Origin: Candidatus Omnitrophota bacterium
Lineage (GTDB): Bacteria > Omnitrophota > Gorgyraeia > Gygaellales > Profunditerraquicolaceae
Direction of reading: 5' to 3'
Assembly (NCBI GenBank): GCA_035402765.1
Contig: DAONDX010000002.1
Coordinates: 65,173-129,172 of the forward strand
DNA length: 64,000 bases
A program made the translations under genes and the position numbers. The notes beneath the pieces are model-generated. The model made no database searches. It was not told the DNA's origin and saw only the letters and a list, made by a program, of their open reading frames with translations. Shown piece after piece: positions 28,091 to 36,904 of the stretch. The first letter of the stretch is position 1, and the number at the start of each line of letters is the position of its first letter.

Positions 28091-29548
28091 TATCTGTACT
28101 TCCCCTTTAGTCGCCGCCGCTTCCCACTTATTCAATCCGTCAATAACATCTTGAATACAAAGCTTGGCCAGCGGATCAAAATCGCTTTCCATGATCCGGT
28201 TGATCCGGCCGGGCTTTGAGAAAAATTCACGCATACACCAGGAACCTAAACGGCCCAGGTCTTCGGTGGTCAAATGATCCGTAGGGATTACCGGATGCAG
28301 AAAATCCCAAGTGCTAAAATCAACTTTTTTCGGATCAATCCACCCCTTCTTTAAAGCAATCCTCCACATCGGTGAATTGGGAGCCGGAGTGACATAACCT
28401 ACCCACAGGATATCCGGGTCCACCATGTCGGTGAACTCAAAACGCTGTTTGACGATCTCTTCGGTATCGTAATCAAACCCCATCATAATATCGGCAACAA
28501 TAGCAATATCATTTTTACGCAAGATCTCGATAGTCTTCTTAATCTGCTCGATGGTTGTGCCTTTAGCGATTCTTTTGAGCTCAGATTGTGTCGTTACTTC
28601 AATTCCAAAAACTCCCATAAACAGGCCTGCCTCTTTCATCAGCGGCAGAATTGATTCACAGTTAACCCAATCCACAGCCCTGCCTAAAGCCACCCATTTC
28701 GTTTCGATCTTTTTAGCCAACTTTAATTCACAGAACTTTTTAACCCTGGCAGCATCAACAATGAAATTATCATCCTGGATTACCACTACCTTGACTTTGT
28801 ATTTATTCTGCAAAAGTTCCAGCTCCTCAATTACCCGCTCCGGGCTTTTAGCGCGCCATTTTAAAAAATCTGACGGAGAACGCGGGTCAAATTGATCCCA
28901 TTCATAACAAAAAGTACAGGCCGAAGGACAACCCCGGGAGGTAACCATATCGACAAACGGCTTCCAATAAGTATGCCCGGAATATTTATCCATGGGGAAC
29001 AAGTCATAGGCCGGTAAAGGAAGCTTATCCAAATCTGTCATCAAGGGCTTATGCGGCCCCATCACGATCTGCCCATTAATGCGCGAGGTGACTCCGCCGA
29101 CATCTTTGAGCGGTTTATTTTTATCGATCGCTTCAATTAAATCCCCAAAAGATTCCTCTTCCCCCATCACGATAAAATCAACTTCCGGAATTTCTTCTAA
29201 GGTCGGAATGGGCATGGCGGAATACCAAAGCCCGCCCAAAATGATCTTTATTTTAGGCAGCGCTTTTTTAATTCCGATCGCCGCATCTTTAAAATGACGC
29301 AAAACTCCGTATCCGCCGTAGCCGTGCAGCTGCTCACCCATCACCACAATATCAGGGTTTATATTTTTTACCTGTTGGATCAGCTGCTCCATGGGTATCT
29401 GTTCGGCTTTAGCGTCGATTACCGCTACATCTTTATAACCTTTCTCCCGGATATAAGCAGCCCAATGCGCATATAACTGATTCGGAGACCGGTGAATTCC
29501 ATGCGTGGCCCAGGCGCCGACTTTAGGCATCACAAATAGTATTTTCAT
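28088..29548 (-). CDS. Class B (cobalamin-binding) radical SAM enzyme
   Basis: 486 aa. N-terminal B12-binding Rossmann-like domain (MKILFVMPKVGAWATHG...). Radical SAM CxxxCxxC (RGCPSACTFCYE). Confidence 0.85.
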   Translation of the reverse strand: MKILFVMPKVGAWATHGIHRSPNQLYAHWAAYIREKGYKDVAVIDAKAEQIPMEQLIQQVKNINPDIVVMGEQLHGYGGYGVLRHFKDAAIGIKKALPKIKIILGGLWYSAMPIPTLEEIPEVDFIVMGEEESFGDLIEAIDKNKPLKDVGGVTSRINGQIVMGPHKPLMTDLDKLPLPAYDLFPMDKYSGHTYWKPFVDMVTSRGCPSACTFCYEWDQFDPRSPSDFLKWRAKSPERVIEELELLQNKYKVKVVVIQDDNFIVDAARVKKFCELKLAKKIETKWVALGRAVDWVNCESILPLMKEAGLFMGVFGIEVTTQSELKRIAKGTTIEQIKKTIEILRKNDIAIVADIMMGFDYDTEEIVKQRFEFTDMVDPDILWVGYVTPAPNSPMWRIALKKGWIDPKKVDFSTWDFLHPVIPTDHLTTEDLGRLGSWCMREFFSKPGRINRIMESDFDPLAKLCIQDVIDGLNKWEAAATKGEVQI

Positions 29549-29583
29549 TTAAAACCCTCCATTAGTTTAAAATATAATTAGCT

Positions 29584-30816
29584 TTAAGCTGCTTTTTCAA
29601 CTACGAGCACGGAATTAATTCCGCCGCGGCCGCGTGAAATAATTAAAGATTTGTTTACCTTATATTCTTTGGCCTCGCCAGCCACATAATTTAAGCTGTT
29701 TTGAGCCGGCTTTTCTAAATTTAATGTCGGAGCAACTAAACTATGTTCCATGGTTAAAAGCGCAATGATCATATCTAAGGCGCCGGAAGCGCCCAGTAAA
29801 TTCCCAAACATCGACTTTGGACAGCTGGCCGGGATTTTCTTCAAGTTTTTGCCAAAGACTAACTCCAGGGCTTTTACCTCGGAATTATCCCAAAGTTCAA
29901 CTGCCAAGCCGTCTAAACTAATGTAACCGATCTCCTCAGGCAACGCTTTAGCATCATCCAGGGCCATTTTAATTGCCCGGGCTAATTCTTTTCCGTCGCT
30001 GGCGCAATTAATCCGATCTACTCCGTCACAGGCAGTACCATAGCCGGAAATTAACCCTAAAATGTTGGCGTTACGGCTCCGGGCGCGCTGAATACTCTCC
30101 ATCACTACGATCCCGGCGCCTTCACCGATTACAAAACCGTTGCGCTCCCGGTCAAAGGGCCGATAAGCTCCGGCCGGATCATGATTATTTTTAGAAAGCG
30201 CCCCGTAAGTATTACAACACAATAAAGCATACGGAGAAACCGGCGCTTCCATCCCTCCGCCTAAGATCATATTAAGTTTATTCTTCGCTAAAACTTTTCG
30301 GGCATAACCCAGCGCCATAAGCGAACTGGCCCGGTCACTGACCACGGTCTTGCTGAAACCTTTAATCCCGTAATAAATTGAAACCTGGCCTTGGGGAGCC
30401 GCCGGGAACCAGGCGCTGGCCATATAAGGCGAAACACCTTCCCGGCCTTCCAGGTATAAATCCCTTAATTCCGTCTCAGCGTAAAGCCAGCCGCCGATAG
30501 CATTACCTAAAAAAATCCCCACCAGATTCGGATCTTCGTTCTTGATATCGATCCCGGCATCCTGCAGCGCTAACTCCGCGGCCACCAGCGCCATATGCGA
30601 AAATGCGTCAATTTTCTTAAGCAGTCTTTCGGAGATGTGGCTATACTTTTCTAAATCATCTATTTGGCCGGCAATATGAGAAGGATAAAGGCTGGCATCA
30701 AAACGCCTGATCTCTTTAATAAAAGAACGGCCGCTTTTAATGTTGGCCCAAAACTGCCGCTTACCGATTCCCGACGGGCTGACTACGCCGATACCTGTAA
30801 TTGCAATCTTTTCCAT
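29584..30816 (-). CDS. Ketosynthase-beta / chain-length-factor-like protein (KS fold, catalytic triad absent)
   Basis: Start reassigned to MEKIAITGIGVVSPSG: ATG 30816-30814 overlaps KS-alpha stop as TAATG. Thiolase/KS fold throughout. Active-site Cys position reads VVSDRASSL (no Cys, no Gln). Both His positions replaced (YISLDGLAV; MFGNLLGASG). Confidence 0.75.
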   Translation of the reverse strand: MEKIAITGIGVVSPSGIGKRQFWANIKSGRSFIKEIRRFDASLYPSHIAGQIDDLEKYSHISERLLKKIDAFSHMALVAAELALQDAGIDIKNEDPNLVGIFLGNAIGGWLYAETELRDLYLEGREGVSPYMASAWFPAAPQGQVSIYYGIKGFSKTVVSDRASSLMALGYARKVLAKNKLNMILGGGMEAPVSPYALLCCNTYGALSKNNHDPAGAYRPFDRERNGFVIGEGAGIVVMESIQRARSRNANILGLISGYGTACDGVDRINCASDGKELARAIKMALDDAKALPEEIGYISLDGLAVELWDNSEVKALELVFGKNLKKIPASCPKSMFGNLLGASGALDMIIALLTMEHSLVAPTLNLEKPAQNSLNYVAGEAKEYKVNKSLIISRGRGGINSVLVVEKAA

Positions 30817-32096
30817 TATCCACCAAACCTTTTTAAAATAAGGGAAGAGTGTATCCCTGAAAAACCGCTGCTGGTTTTTAAAATAATATCGACCTTTTTT
30901 TGAATGGCCTGATTGGGAATATAATACAGATCGCACTGGGGGTCTTTTTCCTCCTGGTTGATCGTCGGAGGAAGAATATTTTTTTCAAAAATCAGACTAG
31001 CCATCGTCAGCTCAATGGCATTGGCCGCCGCCAGAGGATGGCCGATCATGGATTTAAAAGAACTGATCGGCAGCTTATAGGCATATTGGCCAAAAATTGT
31101 TTTATAAGCGCTGGTTTCAAAAATATCATTCATTTTCGTGCTTGAGCCGTGCGCATTAATATAATCAATTTCCGATGGTTTAACCTGGGCATCTTTTAAA
31201 GCCAAACTAATGCAAATTTCCATGGCCCGGCCGTCAGAAGGCAAATCCGTCATATGAAAAGCATTGCAGCTGGTGCCAAAACCTAAAACCTCGCAGTAAA
31301 TCGGAGCATTGCGTTTTAAGGCGTGATTTAATTCTTCCAGCACCAGAAGCCCGGCCCCTTCCCCTAAAACAAAACCATCCCTTTTATTATCAAAGGGCCG
31401 GGAGGCTTTTTGCGGTTCGTCATTATGCACGGATAAAACATTGACCACATCAAAAGCCCCGAAGGTAATCGGAGTAAGCGGGGCTTCCGCAGCACCGCAA
31501 ATCATTACATCCATCTCCGCATCCTGAATGCTCTCTAAACCAAAACCTAAAGAATCGGTACCGGCGGTACATCCGGTCGAAATAGTATTACAGTTTCCTT
31601 TTAATCCATAACGGGCGCTTAACTCAATGGAAGGAGTATTAAACATCGCCGCGTCATAAAGATCCGGGCGCACCAAAGCCGGGTTAATCGGCCGCTTGCC
31701 GTCATCGGTAACCAAAGCAAATTCTTCCTCCATATATTTTGTCCCGCAGATAGCATTAGCCAAACAAACACCCACCCGCGTTACATCTTCTTTCGAAAAA
31801 TCCAGCTGACTGTCTTCTATCGCCATTTTTCCGGCGGCTACGCCAAACTGCACGTAACGGTCCATGCGCATAGCCTCTTCATGAGTTAGACCCAATTTAA
31901 AAGGATCAAAATCCCTGACCTCGGCGGCAATCTTAGTATTAAAAACCGAAACATCAAAACCATCCACTAAACGGATCCCGGATTTACCGCTGGAAAAACC
32001 TTCCCAGGCATTCTTTTTCCCGATACCGTTGGGGGAAATTACTCCCACACCGGTAATGACTACTCTACGTTTAACCACTTTTGTTATTCCTTTCAT
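30816..32096 (-). CDS. Ketosynthase-alpha (FabF/KAS II-like, intact Cys-His-His)
   Basis: 426 aa. Active-site Cys (TISTGCTAGTDSLG). His pair (YINAHGSST; KSMIGHPLAAA). N-terminal RVVITGVGVISPNG. Confidence 0.85.
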   Translation of the reverse strand: MKGITKVVKRRVVITGVGVISPNGIGKKNAWEGFSSGKSGIRLVDGFDVSVFNTKIAAEVRDFDPFKLGLTHEEAMRMDRYVQFGVAAGKMAIEDSQLDFSKEDVTRVGVCLANAICGTKYMEEEFALVTDDGKRPINPALVRPDLYDAAMFNTPSIELSARYGLKGNCNTISTGCTAGTDSLGFGLESIQDAEMDVMICGAAEAPLTPITFGAFDVVNVLSVHNDEPQKASRPFDNKRDGFVLGEGAGLLVLEELNHALKRNAPIYCEVLGFGTSCNAFHMTDLPSDGRAMEICISLALKDAQVKPSEIDYINAHGSSTKMNDIFETSAYKTIFGQYAYKLPISSFKSMIGHPLAAANAIELTMASLIFEKNILPPTINQEEKDPQCDLYYIPNQAIQKKVDIILKTSSGFSGIHSSLILKRFGG

Positions 32097-32151
32097 TATT
32101 ACCTAAAACGGAATTCTTTTTTGCCAAGACGCAAGATTTTGCGTCTCTACG

Positions 32152-32745
32152 TTATGTTTGGTTCTTTCGCGTAATCTTGAAAACAATATTTCCCCCGTCC
32201 GGACAGGTAACTGTATCAATCGTATCCGGATCAGGCATAAAGAAAAATTTAGCGCCGAAATTTAAAGCAAATAAAGCCGGAAAAGCGGTATGAAATGCCG
32301 CTCCGCAAAACCCCGGGATACATTTCAACCCTTGAGTTTCCCATTTGTCCCCTACTTTATACCCAAAAGAACATTTGCCTTTTGATTGCACTACCTCCAG
32401 GATCATTTTCTTGGGGCGGGGGCCTTGATACTCCGGATCGCGCGGGATAACTTCCAGTTTGCCGTCTTTATCCAAAATTTCAACTTTAAACTCCAGTTTG
32501 CCGCCGTCAGGACAAGTAGTCAATAACGAACGCTGATTATCGCGAAACCCGAATTTGGCGCCGAAACTTAAAGCATAAATGGTGGGAAATAAAGCATGCG
32601 CCAGGCCTAAACAAAAGTGTTTTGGCGCATGTGTAAAATCCTCCAGAATAATCACATCCCCGGCTTTATACCCGTGGTAACAGACCCCCAGAACCTGGGT
32701 CACGGTAAGTTTAAGCTTCGGGAAAGGTGTTTTTACTTCATCCAT
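32152..32745 (-). CDS. Tandem-duplicated Cys-containing domain protein of unknown function
   Basis: 197 aa of two ~95-aa repeats sharing C..GYK.GD, C.G.A..FP...AL.FGAKF.F and TCPDGG.(L/I).FK(V/I) blocks. No catalytic motif I can name. Confidence 0.5.
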   Translation of the reverse strand: MDEVKTPFPKLKLTVTQVLGVCYHGYKAGDVIILEDFTHAPKHFCLGLAHALFPTIYALSFGAKFGFRDNQRSLLTTCPDGGKLEFKVEILDKDGKLEVIPRDPEYQGPRPKKMILEVVQSKGKCSFGYKVGDKWETQGLKCIPGFCGAAFHTAFPALFALNFGAKFFFMPDPDTIDTVTCPDGGNIVFKITRKNQT

Positions 32746-32746
32746 G

Positions 32747-33751
32747 TTAAACCAGCTCCTTAGTTCTGTGGATAAGATCTTCTTTGCTAAAAAATTTATG
32801 GCTAACCTCTACTTGATGCACCATCTCTACTAAAGTTTTATTCAGGGGCGCGGTAAGATTATTTTCTTCGGCCAAACGCACAAATTCTCCGTTAATATAA
32901 TCAATCTCTGAAAGTTTACCGCGCAGGATACTCTGCAATATCGAGCCATATAACGGGTCCTTGCTTAAATTTCTCATCATCCCCGAGAAAATCTCAGCGG
33001 CATGAGCGCTGGGCAGGCTGGTAAATTTAGTGAGGTTTTCGATCGGAAATCCGGGGAGAGAAACTAAATCTATCCCGATTTTATCAAATATCTCAAAAGC
33101 CTCTTTCCAAATAGCGATACTGATCCGGCTAACGGTTAAATCTCCGAAAACATCCTGTATGCTTCTGCCCAGAATTGCCGGCAGACAATTGTTAGCATTA
33201 ACAAAGATCTTTAAATATTTCATCCCCCGCATATTTTGGCTGATGATCGCCGGGAAAGCCTTATCCAAAACCAAGCTTAAATCGAGCAGCCCTTGAGTAG
33301 GGTTAGGGTTAAAAATGCTTCCCACAATCCAGCTGCCCTCGAAATTATGCACCACTATGCCGGGTTCCAAATTAGTCGCCCCGAACATGATAATACTTGA
33401 GATAATTTGCTCAACCGGTAAATATTTGGCGGCGATCTTATCTGCCTGCACACCGTTTTGCGTAGTGAGCAATAAAGAATTCTGGATTAAATGGCGGCTG
33501 GCCGATAAAGCTGAATCAATATCCTGTGTTTTAGTCGTTAAAATTACTAAATCCGGAGCGTAGTGTAATTTATCGGAGATCTCCACATGCACCGTTTGAT
33601 TCCCCCGGACTCCGGAGATGACCAGCCCCTGCCGGCTGATCACTTCAACCCCCGGACCGCGGCCGACTAAAGTTACCTCTTCGCCTTGCTTTTTAAGGTA
33701 ACCAGCAACTAAACAACCTATAGCCCCGGGGCCGATAACTGCAATACGCAT
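32747..33751 (-). CDS. ApbA/PanE-family 2-dehydropantoate-2-reductase-like NAD(P)H oxidoreductase
   Basis: 334 aa. N-terminal Rossmann MRIAVIGPGAIGCLVAGYL. ApbA_C-type C-terminal domain. Confidence 0.75.
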   Translation of the reverse strand: MRIAVIGPGAIGCLVAGYLKKQGEEVTLVGRGPGVEVISRQGLVISGVRGNQTVHVEISDKLHYAPDLVILTTKTQDIDSALSASRHLIQNSLLLTTQNGVQADKIAAKYLPVEQIISSIIMFGATNLEPGIVVHNFEGSWIVGSIFNPNPTQGLLDLSLVLDKAFPAIISQNMRGMKYLKIFVNANNCLPAILGRSIQDVFGDLTVSRISIAIWKEAFEIFDKIGIDLVSLPGFPIENLTKFTSLPSAHAAEIFSGMMRNLSKDPLYGSILQSILRGKLSEIDYINGEFVRLAEENNLTAPLNKTLVEMVHQVEVSHKFFSKEDLIHRTKELV

Positions 33752-34020
33752 TATGGTTTAACGTTTTTTGGAAAACCGTACTTTTTATAATCAAACCCGT
33801 TTTGTCCCAACAGGCGCACCATCATACTGTAAAAAGGCGAGGGCACATCGGAAAAAAAAGCCGCTACCACATCCTGGTCGCTGACTCCGGTAGAGGAGCG
33901 TTTAGCAGCAAGCTCTTCGGCTCGGCGGCGGACTACTGATTCCGTAATTCTCCGGTGGAATACCGGGATCTTGGAAATTAATACTTTAAATTTATTTTCT
34001 GTTTCCGTTTCCCAAAACAT
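33751..34020 (-). CDS. Small hypothetical protein (first ORF of the PKS operon)
   Basis: 89 aa. 1-bp overlap with the reductase gene. Faint resemblance to stand-alone PCP_red-like small domains (KIP.F.RR...E..A...G); not reliable. Confidence 0.3.
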   Translation of the reverse strand: MFWETETENKFKVLISKIPVFHRRITESVVRRRAEELAAKRSSTGVSDQDVVAAFFSDVPSPFYSMMVRLLGQNGFDYKKYGFPKNVKP

Positions 34021-34055
34021 AGTGGTTGGCTAAAATTAGCTGCGTTGGCCTTCTT

Positions 34056-34081
34056 TTATATAGTAAAATTTTACTATATAA
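34056..34081. promoter_or_regulatory. Perfect 26-bp palindrome, candidate PadR operator in the PKS operon promoter
   Basis: TTATATAGTAAAATTTTACTATATAA, perfect dyad. 36 bp upstream of the first operon ORF (start 34020) and 78 bp downstream of the PadR stop. AT-rich promoter-like context. Confidence 0.45.
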
Positions 34082-34158
34082 TTTTAGTTAAGCTGGCTGC
34101 CTTTGTCAAGATAATTAATCTAATTTTAGAAATTTCAAAACCGGATTGTAGAATAAAG

Positions 34159-34674
34159 TTATATTTTTTTAAGGAGCGCGCTCAAGAAAGCAGATTCTGC
34201 TTTCAGCAGGCAAAGATTATGCTCCATTATCCGCCGTAAGGGCAGGGAATTTTCCAGTTCTTTAGAATCGCACATTTTCTTTAATCCGGAGGAAATTTTG
34301 TCCAGGATTTCTGACCTTTTCTTGAGCCGGCGGCAAGCTAAAGCCGGTTGAGCAAAACCCAGGAAAAATAAACTTAAATCCAGATTGAACTGCGGGCGTT
34401 TAAAATCCAAAAGATTTTTATTGAGCAGCATCTCAAAACGCGCTTTACCCCGGGGGGTAAGACAATAAACCAGCCTCGCCGGCCGCTTGCTTTTTTTTAC
34501 TATCTGCTTGGTAAGGAAACCTTTTTTTTCTAAAATTCTTAGAGGATAATATATGGATTTTAATTGCACGCCGGCAAATAAAGAAAGGATTTCGCGTACT
34601 TTGACTTTAATTTCATAACCATGCTTAGGCCCCTGGCGCAGGAGGCCTAAAAGAATCAGTTCCTGATCAATCAT
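34159..34674 (-). CDS. PadR-family transcriptional regulator
   Basis: 171 aa. N-terminal winged HTH LILLGLLRQGPKHGYEIKVKVREI...IYYPLRILEKKGFL. 4-bp overlap with accA stop. Confidence 0.7.
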   Translation of the reverse strand: MIDQELILLGLLRQGPKHGYEIKVKVREILSLFAGVQLKSIYYPLRILEKKGFLTKQIVKKSKRPARLVYCLTPRGKARFEMLLNKNLLDFKRPQFNLDLSLFFLGFAQPALACRRLKKRSEILDKISSGLKKMCDSKELENSLPLRRIMEHNLCLLKAESAFLSALLKKI

Positions 34675-35618
34675 CCGGTAACACCCATGGCCCTAAACTT
34701 CTTATATCTTAATTTCAGCAGCGCATCTTTATCTAATGCTTCTAATTCCTTAAGATTATTTAAAATTGCCTGCTTAACACTCCCGGCGATCTTCTGCGGG
34801 TCACGATGCGCTCCCCCCAATGGTTCAGGGATGACCTCATCAATCAAACCCATCTTTAAAAGATCCGGGCCGGTGAGTTTTAAAGCCTCCGCGGCTAAAG
34901 GAGCCTTGGCGCCATCCTTCCAAAGAATGGCCGCACAACCTTCCGGAGAGATTACGGAATAATATGAATTCTCTAAAACTGCCAGCCGGTCTGCCACCCC
35001 GACCCCCAGGGCGCCCCCGGAACCGCCTTCACCGATGACAATCGCGACGATCGGCACCGCACAACTCATCATTTCCCGCAAATTAAGCGCGATGGCGTGG
35101 GATTGCCCGCGTTCTTCCGCTCCCACACCCGGATACGCCCCGGGTGTATCAATAAAAACGACCACCGGCAGATCAAATTCCTCAGCCATCTGCATTAAGC
35201 GCAAGGCTTTGCGGTACCCTTCGGGATGCGCGCAGCCAAAATTACGTTTCAAATTTTCTTTGGTGTCCCGGCCTTTTTGATGCCCGATCACCATAACTTT
35301 CTTTTTATCGATTTTACCCAAACCGCAGATCATCGCTTTATCGTCACTAAACAGCCGGTCACCGTGCAATTCCATGAAATCCGACATAATCAAACTGATA
35401 TAATCCAAGGTATAAGGCCGCAAAGGATGCCGGGCCAGCTGCACTCTCTGCCAAGCGGAAAGATTAACGTAGGTATCTTTCTTAAGATGCTCCAGCTTAT
35501 CATCCAGCTTCTTGATCTCGGAGGATAAATCGATTTTTTTCTCCGTCATAAAAGATTTAAGCTCCTGAATCTTTTTTTCTAACTCTACAATCGGTTTTTC
35601 GAAATCTAGTCCGGCCAT
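34671..35618 (-). CDS. accA: Acetyl-CoA carboxylase carboxyltransferase alpha subunit
   Basis: 315 aa. AccA signature (FIDTPGAYPG; GEGGSGGAL). Confidence 0.9.
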   Translation of the reverse strand: MAGLDFEKPIVELEKKIQELKSFMTEKKIDLSSEIKKLDDKLEHLKKDTYVNLSAWQRVQLARHPLRPYTLDYISLIMSDFMELHGDRLFSDDKAMICGLGKIDKKKVMVIGHQKGRDTKENLKRNFGCAHPEGYRKALRLMQMAEEFDLPVVVFIDTPGAYPGVGAEERGQSHAIALNLREMMSCAVPIVAIVIGEGGSGGALGVGVADRLAVLENSYYSVISPEGCAAILWKDGAKAPLAAEALKLTGPDLLKMGLIDEVIPEPLGGAHRDPQKIAGSVKQAILNNLKELEALDKDALLKLRYKKFRAMGVTG

Positions 35619-35623
35619 AATGA

Positions 35624-36439
35624 TTACTCGATTATCGTAACTTCGGTTCCTACAGGAATAATAGTATAAAGCTCTTCCACCTCAGCGTTACTCATGCGCA
35701 CACACCCCTGGGTAACTTGCTTGCCCAATTGGTTCGGTTCAGTCGTCCCGTGAATTCCGTAACCGGCCAGGTCAAACCCCATCCACCGGGTACCTAAAAC
35801 ATTTTCCGGACTCTGCGCAGGCACCACCGCGCCGGCTTTAAACCAGGTCGGATTAGCCAGCTTATTCACGATCTTAAATGTACCCACCGGAGAACAATTA
35901 TTTTTTCCCGTAGATACAATATAAGTTTTAATAACCTCTTCATTATTTTTTAACAGTAATATATTTTGGGATTTATCTACCAGGATATTGAAAGGCAGCG
36001 CCCAAATTTTGATTTTACGGCCGGGGATGATCAATGAATCATTAAGATTATTGCTCTTCATAATCAATTCCGTGGTCGTTTTATGCTCGCGGGCGATCTT
36101 ATTTAAGGTATCTCCCGGACGGATCTGATAGATGATCGAATTGGGCGTAAGCACCGGCGAAAACAGCAATCTGATATTGATATCTTCGGTTCTCTTCTGC
36201 CAATCCATTACTTCCGATGATTCCGGAAAATCATTAACCAGTTTCTGATACAATAACTTAGCTTCCAACAAGCTGCCTTTAGCTTCCAACTTACGCGCCT
36301 GAGCAGACAATGAGCGTGCCGATGAATTACCGGTAATCCTAACCGCCGGGCTTATTTTTTTACTACTGAACAAAACAATCAAACCTGACAATACTAATGC
36401 CGCGATAATGATCATCAAAATTATTCTTTTCACTTCCAA
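35624..36439 (-). CDS. LysM-domain L,D-transpeptidase (YkuD family)
   Basis: 271 aa. Signal/TM. LysM (YQIRPGDTLNKIA). Catalytic HGT...GCVRM. Confidence 0.8.
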   Translation of the reverse strand: MEVKRIILMIIIAALVLSGLIVLFSSKKISPAVRITGNSSARSLSAQARKLEAKGSLLEAKLLYQKLVNDFPESSEVMDWQKRTEDINIRLLFSPVLTPNSIIYQIRPGDTLNKIAREHKTTTELIMKSNNLNDSLIIPGRKIKIWALPFNILVDKSQNILLLKNNEEVIKTYIVSTGKNNCSPVGTFKIVNKLANPTWFKAGAVVPAQSPENVLGTRWMGFDLAGYGIHGTTEPNQLGKQVTQGCVRMSNAEVEELYTIIPVGTEVTIIE

Positions 36440-36454
36440 CCCCCGTTGTTCGAT

Positions 36455-36904
36455 CTAAATCTGTGCGGTTAAGGCAATCGCGATCCCCAGCAACAGCCCC
36501 ATAATTACTTCTACCGGAGTATGGCCGATCAGTTCACGCAAACGTGTCTGCTGAATCTTACCCCGCCAGTAGATATCATCCATGATCGTATTTAGAATTC
36601 CGGCTTGTTTTCCTGTCGAACGGCGTACCCCCTGGGCGTCAAACATCACCACGATCGCAAAAGCAAAAGCCAAAGCGAAATAGACACTGTCAAATCCGCA
36701 CTCCAAGCCGATGCTCGTGCCTAAACAAGCCGCCCCGGCGGCATGCGCTGAAGGCATCCCGCCGCTGCCGATAAATAAACGGAAATCAAACTTCTTCTTA
36801 CGGAATACTCCGATGATCACTTTAATCGTCTGGGCAATCAGCCAAGCCGAAATAGTAGTCATCAGAATTTTGTTACGGTAGACTTCTACAATAAAATCAT
36901 TCAT
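36455..36904 (-). CDS. Divergent PAP2/acid-phosphatase-related membrane protein (DUF212/YuiD-like)
   Basis: 149 aa, 3-4 TM. GGMPSAHAAG motif. Confidence 0.6.
   Translation of the reverse strand: MNDFIVEVYRNKILMTTISAWLIAQTIKVIIGVFRKKKFDFRLFIGSGGMPSAHAAGAACLGTSIGLECGFDSVYFALAFAFAIVVMFDAQGVRRSTGKQAGILNTIMDDIYWRGKIQQTRLRELIGHTPVEVIMGLLLGIAIALTAQI

Noticed and set aside
34671-35618. accA as a core member of the PKS cluster
   Set aside because: AccA is a housekeeping enzyme and accD is not adjacent. Only the 4-bp coupling to padR is noted, not cluster membership.
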